Source of the DNA: Phyllobates terribilis
Taxonomy: Eukaryota
Length of the DNA stretch: 64,000 nucleotides
Assembly: GCF_046119375.1 (NCBI RefSeq)
Contig: NW_027362761.1
Location: forward strand, 971,416,001-971,480,000
Direction: 5' to 3'
The first letter of the stretch is position 1. Every line of letters begins with the position of its first letter. Positions 1 through 10,962 of this stretch are shown one piece after another. The notes below the pieces were generated by a model. It saw nothing but the letters and a program-made list of their open reading frames with translations. It was not told where the DNA came from and did no database searches. The position numbers and the translations under genes are program-made.

Positions 1-882
1 ATCCTCCATTATTTTCGTAGAGCCGTTACCTTCCTCCGGGTGAGATGGAGGCAAGGGTTCCACAGACTGTATAGAATTTTGGTTGATAGTATATAATTTG
101 GCTAGCGTAGCATACCGGGGCAGGTATACTTCCCTTTTCCCGATATTTATTATACGAACGGGCACCCTCCCATGGCGTACATCAACTACCCCCCGTGCTG
201 TCAAAATGGTGGGCCTACTGTCTGAGTAGACTGGTTCTACCATGGCCTGGTAATCTCTACCTCTCAGACCAATAGCTGCCCGGCACCAAATCATCATTTC
301 ACTTTTCGGGGGCATGGCAATAGGGAAAGGGTCACACATTCTTACGCTACCAATCTCACCACCGGAGAGTTCCACCTGTTGCCGTCGCATCAGTGCCCGG
401 ATCTCTTTCTGGAGCACTCGCTGCTGGCCGGAGCTGGCGTTCTTGGCAACCTGCTGTAAAATGAAAATCACCTCTGCAAGACAATTTTCAATCACATTAG
501 TTCCTAGAGTTATCTTTTGGTGACTCTCGCGCTTGTCAATGTCTACAATGATCAGTCCCTGTGCTGCCAGTTCGACTCTACCGATTTTAATGGTCATTTC
601 TTTAAATCCGATCTGTGGCACGGGCTGACCATTACTGGCGATGATACTCAAGTCGTCGTCTGGATAGCGGGTTATATCCGAGTCATTCCAGTACTGCTTG
701 AAGAGCACGTACGGGATGGTGGTGACCTGTGACCCGGTGTCCAGTAGGGCACTCATAGGGATGCCATCCAGTACCACAGGCAAGACTGGACATCCTCCCA
801 CATATTTGTCGCGCCAGTTCGATGGGCCTGGTGATCTTTTTCCTGGGGGTTGGCCCTCTACCCCAGGTTGTGCCAGTTTAAA
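1..882 (-). CDS. Gypsy pol N-terminus (aspartic protease plus linker), in the -1 frame relative to gag, incomplete at the window edge
   Basis: Manual translation gives ...PVVLDGIPMSALLDTGSQVTTIPYVLFKQYW...ITLGTNVI... with DTG at 733-741 and no stop between 900 and 1. It is missing from the ORF track, presumably because it has no stop inside the window. Confidence 0.88.
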
Positions 883-1838
883 GGACAGTACCTTGCCATA
901 TGTCCGGGTTGATTGCAGCGGCGGCAGATGGGTTGGCCGTCCTCGTTGTATCGGTCGCTGGGTCTTCCTCTGGCCGGTGGGGTCCTCCTTGGTCGACGCC
1001 ACGGGATGTCCTCCGGTCCGGATGCCAGCTGGATCTTCCCTGGAGTGGAAACCTGTAAAGACTGCACAGTTCGGGTTAGCGCAGCAACGCTTTTAGCTAG
1101 CTCTTGGACCTGATGGTGCAGGTCCGGAGCCGGGTCATTGTTCATAGCCTGCGCATCAGCTCCCACAGGCCCTACCGACAAGGGCGCCGCCTCCTGGTGG
1201 TAAGCGGTAGTAGGGCGCCTGTGGGTCACCACGCCACCCGGTGCCGGTTCTCGGAGCACCCGGATGGCTCTGTCCTTGAACTGTGCAAAGTCCAGATGGG
1301 GATCCTGTAAGGCCATTGCCCGCAACTGGGTTCGGTGGGCATTGCAATATAGTCCCTCTATAAATTGTTCGGTCAACAGCCTGTCCTCGTTTCCCACGCC
1401 GTCAGGGTCGGTCTGTTTAATGGCTCTCAGGGCCTCTTGTAGGTTTAGTGCATAGTCCCTTATACTCTCCTGTGCTCGCTGCTTGCACCCATAGAATCTA
1501 AGCTTAATCTCGGCTGAGGTGCGGGTATCAAAGGTGTCCCTCAGCCGGGTTAGTATCCCTGCGACAGTCCTCCTCCCAGGTGGCCAGGACTTTACCTCCC
1601 TTTGGGCTGCCCCGGTTAGTTGGGCCACCAGGATGCTCACTTTTTGCTCTTCTGTGAGGGGGTACACCTGGAAGAGGCTATCCAGCTTTTCTTTAAAGTC
1701 ATTCAGGGTATGTGACTCCCCTGAGTACTGGGGTAGCCAGGCTGCTCCCGGGATATAGGGCATGGTGAAAGGCATGACTGCAGCAGCGGTGGCGCTGGCG
1801 GGGGTTGAGGCAGTGAAGCTCTCCTCCGTATCCGACAT
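858..1838 (-). CDS. Gypsy Gag (capsid-like region plus CX2CX4HX4C zinc knuckle), 326 aa, intact
   Basis: CRRCNQPGHMARYC knuckle; capsid-type motif KQRAQESIRDYALNLQEAL...QFIEGL; lies directly downstream of PBS and LTR. Confidence 0.92.
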   Translation of the reverse strand: MSDTEESFTASTPASATAAAVMPFTMPYIPGAAWLPQYSGESHTLNDFKEKLDSLFQVYPLTEEQKVSILVAQLTGAAQREVKSWPPGRRTVAGILTRLRDTFDTRTSAEIKLRFYGCKQRAQESIRDYALNLQEALRAIKQTDPDGVGNEDRLLTEQFIEGLYCNAHRTQLRAMALQDPHLDFAQFKDRAIRVLREPAPGGVVTHRRPTTAYHQEAAPLSVGPVGADAQAMNNDPAPDLHHQVQELAKSVAALTRTVQSLQVSTPGKIQLASGPEDIPWRRPRRTPPARGRPSDRYNEDGQPICRRCNQPGHMARYCPLNWHNLG

Positions 1839-2064
1839 CTTTCTCCCCCCCTAGTGGACCGTGGCCTACCTTGCAATGATCCTCTTCCGTAGGCCGCGGC
1901 TCCGCAGTGGATCGTCAGGGTTGAGGACCTTCCGTCGCGCTCCTGTGACATCGGCGTCTGCTGGGCTCCTTCCAGGACCTTACGCAAGTCCTGACGTGAG
2001 GCGGGGCTTCAGTTCTCGCGCGCTTTCAGAGTCCACGCCCCTCTTCTTCCCGCGCGGCGTCTTC

Positions 2065-2211
2065 AAGATGGCGTCCAACGGCGGGAAAACTCCACGGATG
2101 GCGGGAAGAAGGCAGAAGATGGCGCCGGATGGCGGGAAAACTTCGCGGATGGCGGGAAGAAGGTAGAAGATGGCGCCGGATGGCGGGAAACCTCCACGGA
2201 TGGCGGGAATC
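2065..2211. repeat. 51-bp tandem repeat, about 3 copies, in the Gypsy leader
   Basis: AAGATGGCG recurs at 2065, 2116 and 2167 (period 51). Confidence 0.9.
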
Positions 2212-2276
2212 TTCACCACTGGTAAGTTTGAACAGTCTTTTTCAGGCACGCAGTACCCGGTGGTTGCGGGCACAAA

Positions 2277-2294
2277 ATCCTGCCGACTACGCCA
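2277..2294 (-). promoter_or_regulatory. Primer binding site complementary to the tRNA-Ser 3' end
   Basis: Plus strand reads ATCCTGCCGACTACGCCA, the 3' end of vertebrate tRNA-Ser including CCA, 5 nt from the LTR end. Confidence 0.85.
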
Positions 2295-2299
2295 AAAGT

Positions 2300-3284
2300 T
2301 GACGCGCCCCTGGGCCTGCTTGGTGTAGCGTTGCGCACGCGGGGACTACCCGGAGCCGGGCCTGTTGGGGGTAGTAGTCTCGTGGCGGTGACCCGGTCCG
2401 TGCCCAGGGAGTCAAACTGTGTGGCTGAGTATTAGCAGTAGATGTTGGACGACTACGCCACCCGTTGAATGCAGCTATGGAACTGCCGCTGCAGGGCAGA
2501 CCGCTGAGGCCGGTGGTACGATGGTGCAGCGTAGATGGTATAACCCCCAACGGGAGGGGTATGGCCTCAGGGCAGCCGACGTGGATGATGGGGGTAGCAG
2601 GAACCACTCAGAGACGATGCGGTGTAGTTCAGGGTCTTTACTGGTGATAAAGATAGACCCTCCCGGAGTACTGGCTAGCGATCGGGGCCTGGTCAGTCTT
2701 TGAGCAGATGGGATTTCCCCTGGCCAGGCGGAGTTGTAGGCCTCCCCAACTAATTGTACTCTTCTGGCTACCTTGCTAGAGGCGGGTAAAAGTAGCCCAC
2801 GTCCCTGAGTGTACCGTGTGGTGCTCACCCGTATGGCCGGTGACTCGGGGCCTTCTAGTGGCTTCCGCTCCACGACGGCGGTGCTGGTCCCACGCGTGTG
2901 ACCGTGCCTTCGGGTTTCTTGGCCAGAGGACCTGAAATCCCCTGCCGGTCGGTTTCTGCTGCTGGGTAAGGATTAGTCCCCACAGCCTCGGACTCCGGGT
3001 CCGGTGGTAACTCTTCAATCAGGGCGAGCTCTACAGCTGCCAGCCCCTGATTCCTTTTAGCACGACTTCCCCAGAGCTCATGATCTCTCTCTCCTATAGC
3101 TGCTTCTCCTCTTCTTAACTCACTAACCCTGCCTCAGCCCCAGTTTTATATAGGGGAAGTGCTTCCCCTCCCAGGACTGGGCAGGAGGTGTGGCATGCAT
3201 AGGATTCCTGACCAGGAGACCTCCCACCTGCTCTCAGACGTAATATCTCTATTACTGTGGCAACCAGACCCCTGGGGTGTCACA
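2300..3284 (-). repeat. 5' LTR of the Gypsy element (985 bp)
   Basis: Minus-strand termini TGTGACAC...CGCGTCA; TATATAAAA at 3144-3152; candidate AGTAAA poly(A) signal at 2637-2642; homologous to 7308-8340. Confidence 0.88.
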
Positions 3285-3325
3285 ACTGGCATAGAAGGAA
3301 ACCGTATCTACTCCGGCAGTCATTT

Positions 3326-3580
3326 CTCCGCCACCAGGTTCCGGCCATTGTCACACATGACCATGCCTGGCTGTATGTTCAGTGGTGAGAGCCACAGATC
3401 TGCCTGCTCTGTTACAGCTTTCAACAACTCTGCAGCGGTGTGCGGTTTGTCACCTAAGCATATTATCTTCAGCACAGCCTGTTGCCACTTGGCCGAGGCA
3501 GTGCTGCAGTGCTTCCAGCTTGCGACTGATGTTGTCATTTCGGAGATGGAGGCCAAAGAGGAAGAGGTGCAGAAGCTGTA
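3326..3580 (-). pseudogene. hAT (ZBED-like) transposase fragment
   Basis: HTAAELLKAVTEQADLWLSPLNIQPGMVMCDNGRNLVA resembles the hAT RNase H-like region around the second catalytic Asp (xDNxxN). Confidence 0.7.
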
Positions 3581-3785
3581 GAATGTAATTACATTGAGGT
3601 TACATTGGTGAGTCTGGTTTTTATACTAAAGATCCTGCTGTGTTTTTATAGTTTTGTTTGTTTTTTTATGTCTCTTCAAATTTGTATTGGAGTGCGTCCT
3701 AATTTTTGGCAGCCCTTGAAATTGTTGCATACGCAATAATAGTATAGGAGACACACTCCTTAATAATGGGAAGGACAATTCAAAT

Positions 3786-3890
3786 AGTGAGCCCCAATGG
3801 GGACAGTGCCGATAATGTCTGTAAATTGTCAGAATTGTAAAGGGCTGCTGAATATGTTGGCGCTATATGAATAAAAAGATTATTATTATT
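3786..3890 (+). mobile_element. 5'-truncated SINE (3' part of the family at 14085)
   Basis: Near-identical to 14265-14370, ending in an (ATT)n tail. Confidence 0.8.
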
Positions 3891-4329
3891 AAATTGATTC
3901 TATATTCTAATATTATCTGTCTTATCTGAAATTCGGTTACGGGTGAGCAATCGCAGCATGAATAGCGTATTACACCGATCCAGCCAGGTATTATTGCCTT
4001 ATACTGCGTGCTGCTGAAAAAAAAATACAAATCTATTCTATTCCCATTCGATACCACTGTTAGATACATTTACAATAGGGACAGGTGCTGCTAGGTGGTA
4101 TCATCAGCTCGAGATGAGTGTTCATTCTGGTCGCATAAATCTCTTCCACAGTCCATAACTTTTTTTTTTATTATTATTTATTTGGCCTTATATACAAGTC
4201 ATGACCCTGCAAAGAATCTTTCTTAACATTTCTTCCTGGAAAATCCATTTTAGCTTCATTTTTGTATGTTTTATTTTCGGTCTGTAAAAGTGGCGTAATA
4301 CTCTGACAACATTGCTCACAGATATGCTA

Positions 4330-5950
4330 TTGGTCAGCGACCAAGTGTAAATAGGTTTGAACAGCACAACTGGAAGTCTTTAAATGGTGTGTAATATCTG
4401 GTACGCTCCCAATAAATTCTGGATTATTAGCGCAGTAATATCTGATCCCGTCTGATAACAATGGTTTTAGGCAGTGGTCTTGTAGTATGGTATTGGCAAT
4501 GGTCAGCGACCAAGTGTAAATAGGTTTGAACAACACACAACTGGCAGATTTTAAATGGAGTGTAATATCTGGCACTTTCCCCAAAAATTCTGGATTATTA
4601 GCACAGTAATATCTGATCCCATCTGATGACCACGGGTTTAGGCAGGCAGTGGCCTATTAGTATAATATTGGTCAGCGACCAAGTGTAAATGGGTTTGAAC
4701 AACACACAACTGGCCGACTTTAAATGGCGTGTAATATCTGTCACGCTCCCCAAAATGTCACGATTACTACAGCAGTAATATGGGATCACGCCTGATGACC
4801 ACAGTTTTAGGCAGTGGCCTATTAGTATGATATTGGTCAGTAACCAAGTGTGAATAGGTTTGAACAACACACAACTTTCACTGGAGTTTAATATCAGGTA
4901 CGCTCCTAAAAAATTCTGGATTATTAGCTCATTAATATCTGATCCCGTCTGATAACCACGGTTTTAGGCAGTGGTCTTGTAGTATGGTATTGGCAATGGT
5001 CAGTGACCAAGTGTAAATAGGTTTGAACAGCACACAACTGGCAGATTTTAAATGGAGTGTAATATCTGGCACGCTCCCAAAAAATTCTGGATTATTAGCA
5101 CAGTAATATCTAATCCTGTCTGATGAAAATGGTTTTAGGCAGTGGCGTTCGAGATATGGTATTGGTCAGCGACTAAGTGTGAATTGGTTGAACAACACAC
5201 AACTGGCAGACTTTAATTGGAGTGTAATATTTGGCACGCTCCAAAAAATGTTATGATTATTACCGCAGTAATATGGGATCACATGTGATCACCAAGGTTT
5301 TAGGCAGTGGCGTTAGAGATATGGTATTGGTCAGCGACTAAGTGTGAATAGGTTGAACAGCACACAACTGGTAGACTTTAAATGGAGTGTAATATTTGGC
5401 ACACTCCAAAAAATGTCACGATTATTATTGCAGTAATATGGGGTCACGTCTGATGACCACGGTTTTAGGCAGTGGCCTATTAGTATGATATTGGTCAGTG
5501 ACCAAGTGTGAATAGGTGTGAACAACACACAACTGGCAGACTTTATCTGGAGTGTAATATCAGGTACGCTCCCAAAAAATTCTGGATTATTAGTGCAGTA
5601 ATATCTGATCCCGTCTGATGACCACAGTTTTAGGCAGTGGTGTTAGAGATATGGTATTGGTCAGCGACTAAGTGTGAATAGGTTGAACAACACACAACTG
5701 GCAGACTTTAACTGGAGTGTAATACTTGGCACGCTCCAAAAAATGGCACTATTATTATGCAGTAATATGGGATCACATCTGATGACCACGATTTTTGGCA
5801 GTGGCATTAGAGATATGGTATTGGTCGGCAACTATGTGTGAATGTTGAACAACACACAACTGGCAGACTTTAACTGGAGTGTAATATTTGGCATGCTCCA
5901 AAAAATGTCACAATTATTACGGCAGTAATATGGGATCACATCTGATGATG
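4330..5950. repeat. Tandem array of ~165-bp units, about 10 copies
   Basis: Anchor GGTC(A/G)G..AC at 4332, 4501, 4670, 4835, 4998, 5164, 5329, 5493, 5659 and 5823 (periods 163-169). Confidence 0.95.
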
Positions 5951-6599
5951 GACAAGTTTCTCTGCTTCCACAATACAACAATGTGAATAAAATCAAATAA
6001 ATCTGGCTGTATTCTGCTGACAAGCAAATGGAGTAGTAAAATGGTGTACTATATTGCTTTTTAAGCAAATAATCAGAATTAAGAGCAAAAAAAAAAATTA
6101 GCCCTGATATTTAGGGCTATGGATATCTGTAACAGCAGCAGACAGAACATGCAATGGACCCTATTGTGCTGTATACAGTGTCCACAAACTCTGCCTGCCT
6201 AACTCCTGCTATCACCAGTAATACATGCAGCTGGATTAGTTCTTAGGACTGTTAGTCCAGATGGATATATATATATATTAGTGTCTAATACCTATACCTA
6301 ACTAATAAAACGCCAATTCTCTCCCTCACTCAGCAGCTTGAAATAAAAATTATCTTTGAATCCGAATATCAAGTTCCATCATCATCCTTCAGGAGTGCAT
6401 ATTGCTTGGAAAAACATTTACAAATTGGTATCGCCCATGAAAGCACTGTCCAGTGCTCTCATTAGCTCCAAGATTTTTGCAGCACTTAGAAGCCTGCGCT
6501 TCCTATTTTCTCTCCCTATAATCCCCTCTTGTCTCATAACTAATAAAATGCCAATTCTCTCCCTTACTCAGCAGCACCTCTCCCTATTCTGCCTGTTTC

Positions 6600-6887
6600 C
6601 GGGGTAGACTGTGACGAGCATAGGATCACCGGGTCTTATATAGACCTGATAACGCTGTGCGGCCAGCCAATCACTGTAATGCCACAACCAACATGGCTAC
6701 GGCATTACAGTGAGTGGCAGACAATCCCCGCATGTTTATTCGCTGTCTAAAGAGCGCCAAACATGCGGGGCGGGGACCCGAGCTCCTGCCCGAGAATCCC
6801 GGAACTACTCGCCGAGCACCGAGCATCTCGAACAGTGAGATGCTCGGGCGAGTACTGAGCAGTTGCGAGCACGCTCGCTCATCACTA
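6600..6887. mobile_element. Terminal region of a hAT-type element (TAGTGATGAGCGAG terminus)
   Basis: Ends in CTCGCTCATCACTA; CpG-rich subterminal GCTCG/CGAGC repeats; the same terminus recurs at ~29857. The other end was not found. Confidence 0.55.
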
Positions 6888-7307
6888 GATTTCAGTTTGT
6901 TTCTCAATGGATTTGTACAGATTATGGGTGACAATAAAGGAGGAAAATCTTTTGAAATGATTCTTCTTGGTGTGATTTTTTTACATGACTAAAACTTAGT
7001 ATTTTAATAGAAGTGTGTTTAGACTTTTTTTATCCATTGTATAAGTTTTCACCAATTCCAGATTTTTAGAATGTTTGGATATATTTTGAGGGAACGTATG
7101 CAGGGAGTCCTGGACCAAAACTAATGGGGTATCTCCTTTATGTGTACAGCACTAACTTCCGATTTTCCACCAGACAGTTCTGCTATTGGAGTTTATTGTG
7201 CATTTTATTAGTTGCCCTATGTGCAGCCAAAGTGGAGCGTCAAAGAAGACCTCTTCCAGAATGTTGCAATGCAAGTGTCCTTACATAAATGTCTTCATGT
7301 GTACATA

Positions 7308-8340
7308 TGACGCGCCCCCTGGGCCTGTGCTGTGCAGGGGATACCGGAGCCGGATCGCTGGGGGTTGTAGTCCTCTGTGGCGGTGACCCGGTCCGTGCCC
7401 AGGGCGGTCAAACCAGTGGCAGTCTGAGTGTGATAACAAATGTCCGAATACGCCACCCGTGGATTGCGGTCAGTGGGGATCGCCGCTGCGCTGCAGACCG
7501 CTGAGGCTGATGTTGTATGCGCAGCCAAGTATGGGATAACTCCCCACGGGAGAAGTATTGCCTCAGGGCAGCTAGTGTGGATGATGGGAGTGATGGTGTG
7601 AGCGTCCCAGTACTGATGGTGCTGGTGCGGCGATGAAACACAGAGACGTGTGGTGCAGTTCAGGGTCTTTACTGATGGAATAACGCAGACCCTCCCGGGA
7701 GTACTGGTTAGCAGTAGGGGCCTGGTCAGTCTGTAAGCAAGCAGGATCTCCCCTGGCCAGGTGGAGTTGTAGGCCTCCCCGACTATCTACACTCTTTCCT
7801 GGCTACCTTGCTGTGTGCGGGTAGAAGTAGCCCACGTCCCTGAGTATACCGTGTGGTGCTCACCCGTATGGCTGGTGACTTGGGGCCTTCCGTTAGCCTC
7901 CGCTTCACGATGGCAGTGCTGGTCCCTTGCTTGTGACCGTGCCTCCAGGCTTCTATGGCCAGAGGACATGGAATCCCCTGCCGGTTGGATTCTGCTGCTG
8001 GACCTGGATGTCCCCACAGCCTCGGACTCCGTGTCCGGGTTTAGTGTCTTCAGCCAAGGCGAGCTTTCTAACTTCCAGCCTCTGGCACTCGCTCCTGCTC
8101 CTACAGAGCTCCTGTTGTCACTTTCCCTGTGTCTGCTGTCCTCCAGACCTGACTGCGTCTCTGTCTGGGACTTCACTACCTAATCCCGCCCCAGACCCAG
8201 TTTATAAGGGCAGATTCCTCCCCTCCCAGGTCTGGGCGGGCAGTGTTGCATGCTTAGGGCTCCTGACCAGAGAAACCTCCCACTTGCTCTCAGACATAAT
8301 ATTTCTATTACTGTGGCAACCAGACCCCTGGGGTGCCACA
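7308..8340 (-). mobile_element. Solo LTR of the Gypsy family at 1-3284 (diverged subfamily), 1033 bp
   Basis: TG...CA termini; 4-bp TSD CATA at 7304-7307 and 8341-8344; collinear homology blocks with 2300-3284. Confidence 0.92.
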
Positions 8341-9399
8341 CATACATACATAAATGTATTTATATACTGGTAAATATATTTGCATATCCGAATATTTATT
8401 TGCCATTTCAAATTTTTCCAATACCAGATTTACTGAATTCTTAAATATATCCAATATTCTTAATGTTTCTGTCTCCTTATACAGTACCATTGTTTATTCA
8501 TGAGTCTAAGAAGCAATTTCTCTCCACGATCTTCTATAGAAACATTTGTGAATTTTAAGTCACAGGTGTGTTCCTGTTCAGTATTTATGCTTTCATGTCT
8601 GCCAATGAATTTTACATGATTTTTTTATGAATTTGATATAGTTTGATATTTATTATTAATGTTCTGACAGAAGTTGTGAAGCAATTCATTTTTAAAGGCT
8701 TACGCTCTAAAAAAATGTTGAAAACAATAAATTAAAATGCGGGATAATCAGTGAAAATTGTACTGCCACGCACGTAATTTGTGTCAGTAAACTGAAGCTG
8801 TCAATCTTATAAAAAGCATGGCTATGCTGCAAAAAATAAAATGCAAATTCACTGTAATTATATTATATATTTGTAGCCACATCAAATGCAATTGGAACGC
8901 AATGTTTGATAATAAGAGGTCACAAGTAGAAAAACTTTTCTATTCAAGTAAATTTGCAATTTTTGCATAAACCAAAATTACAGATATGGAAACTTTTAAC
9001 AAATATGCTGCTAGGCACTAGCTCATGTCGGATTCACAAATCCATGTGTTGTTGTTCAAGTATGGGCCATGATAAACAAACTAGAAGCTATCTGACGATT
9101 CCTGCCGGTCAACTGCAGCGGCCAGCAGCTACTCTGAGGACTCAACCCAGGGTTCCTGTATAAGTCCATATACAAGTACCTTAACAGGAATTAAAGTGTG
9201 AAGGCCAGGGATCCCTTGGGATCTAATATCAAAAGTAGATACGGCTTAAATGGACAGGCTTTGTGCTATTTAGAGCTGCCAGGCGACCTTGGACAGAGCC
9301 ATGTTAAAGACAGTCAGTCAAGACTTTGAAATGTTTAATTTAGTCTTACAAGCAATTGGTGTTAAAAGTTTAGTTAAACATATGGATACTTTGGGTGCA

Positions 9400-10025
9400 A
9401 TTTTTTATTTTTATTAAATATATGTTTCAAAAATATTTTTTGCAATTTGGTTTTATTAAATATTTTTACACTCTATAGCCTCTCTATTGCACGACTACCA
9501 CCCTCTGGCACCTTACAGCTCGACAAAAGGAAGGCCAAGAATCACCTCTGCTGCAAAGTAAAAGCTCATCAGAGTTATCAGCCAGGTATCTAAGGGGTAA
9601 CATTTCTCCTTGCAGAGAGCGACATGTCACGGTGAGGAGACTTTTAAAGCTGGAATGCTCCTCTGGGAAATATGCAAATTGTCTCTTCAAAGAGGAAGAC
9701 GTTGGCGCTGGTTCAGTTAACGCTCTGACAATACAGAGCAGCGGCTGTAACCGCGCCCCTAACCCTGACTGACCCTGGCTCTGCATTGGGGCCGGCTGTG
9801 ACTCAAGGACCACTGGGGGCGCAGCTACAGCCGCCACTCTGTATTCTCAGAGCGATGACTGAACCCCGAGACTGAAGCCGGAACGCTGTGGGGGTAATAA
9901 AGTTAATTTTCTTCTCGCAGAGTTTGACTAAGTGTGGGCGCTGGGCAGGTTAGTAATACTACTAACCTGCAGATTAACCCCATATCTGCAGGTTAATAAC
10001 ATTTTTTTCTGATGACAGGTTCCCT
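9400..10025. mobile_element. T2/Kolobok-type MITE, right end intact, left boundary approximate
   Basis: Ends GACAGGTTCCCT followed by TTAA (10026-10029); internal palindromic motifs. Confidence 0.5.
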
Positions 10026-10680
10026 TTAAAGTACCGCAAACATAGTATATAACTAATATAACTAGTTGAAGACAATGACAACTTTTGGGAGACATGTTCA
10101 ACGTTCTCTGAGTCTTACAGTGGGGGTACACATAGATTAACAACTGTGAATGTAAAGTTATATAAAAAAGAATGTACCACATTGTAGAAAAGCATAATCA
10201 TACTTGTTACAGACCAGAATAACCTTGGCTACAAGAAAATCCCTGGCTATCCAGGACATGTTAAGGGCAATATTTTTTTTGTCCCATTAGATGAATTTCC
10301 AGTAAGCATACAGTAAGGGGAAAATGCTTCTTAATGAAGTCAAAGTCTAAGGAAAACTCAAACTTGGATTGGAGCCTCTGACATTCCAGGTCAAAACATT
10401 GAAGCATGTCTTTTGAAAATAAGGTTAACTAGGCTGCCATTGGAGACCATTGGGGATTTAATGTGTTGGTGTCTACTAGAAACTAACACATCCACACAAC
10501 AAATGCACCACACTTATACAAGACAGCAAAGTACAAAACCCCAACAAGATGAGGAACAGAACTTACCCATTTTGACCAATCGAAAACTGGCCATAAATGA
10601 TTCATAATGTGAATACACAAATGCCTTACTTTCTGCCAACTTCTCAATAGATATGCATCCATGCATGGTTCGGCAGAAGG

Positions 10681-10857
10681 CAGGGACGGACATACCATTG
10701 GTGCAACCTGTGCAGTCGCACAATGGCCCAAGGGTTAAGGGGGCCCATTTTGACCTCCAAAGCATTTGGAAATGTGCATTATAATGAGCTATTGGACTAC
10801 AAAGGGCTCATTCATTGTTCTTGCACAGGGGCCCTCTTCTGTCTGTGTCCGCCAGTG
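10681..10857. mobile_element. hAT MITE, 177 bp
   Basis: Perfect 8-bp TSD GCAGAAGG (10673-10680 and 10858-10865); imperfect 12-bp TIR CAGGGACGGACA / CACTGGCGGACA. Confidence 0.85.
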
Positions 10858-10962
10858 GCAGAAGGACTTAACATAGGTTGAATAAAGAGGTCCATCTAGT
10901 TCAACTTTCCTCCCCTAATTGTACTCCCTACACTAACACTACATTTACTTATTAACTAACTG

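Larger units (their letters stand above)
1..3284 (-). mobile_element. Ty3/Gypsy LTR retrotransposon, 5' part (5' LTR, tRNA-Ser PBS, gag, start of pol); continues beyond the left window edge
   Basis: LTR 2300-3284 with TG...CA termini; PBS at 2277-2294; gag with CCHC knuckle; protease DTG motif in a frame open to position 1. Confidence 0.93.

Noticed and set aside
1861-2703. Several GC-rich ORFs in the Gypsy leader and LTR
   Set aside because: Expected by chance in GC-rich repeats; no recognisable domain, and they are not kept in the solo LTR.
4327-6068. Similar minus-strand ORFs (MLFKPIHTWLLTNIILIGHCLK...)
   Set aside because: They are translations of the 165-bp tandem repeat, with frames shifting between units.
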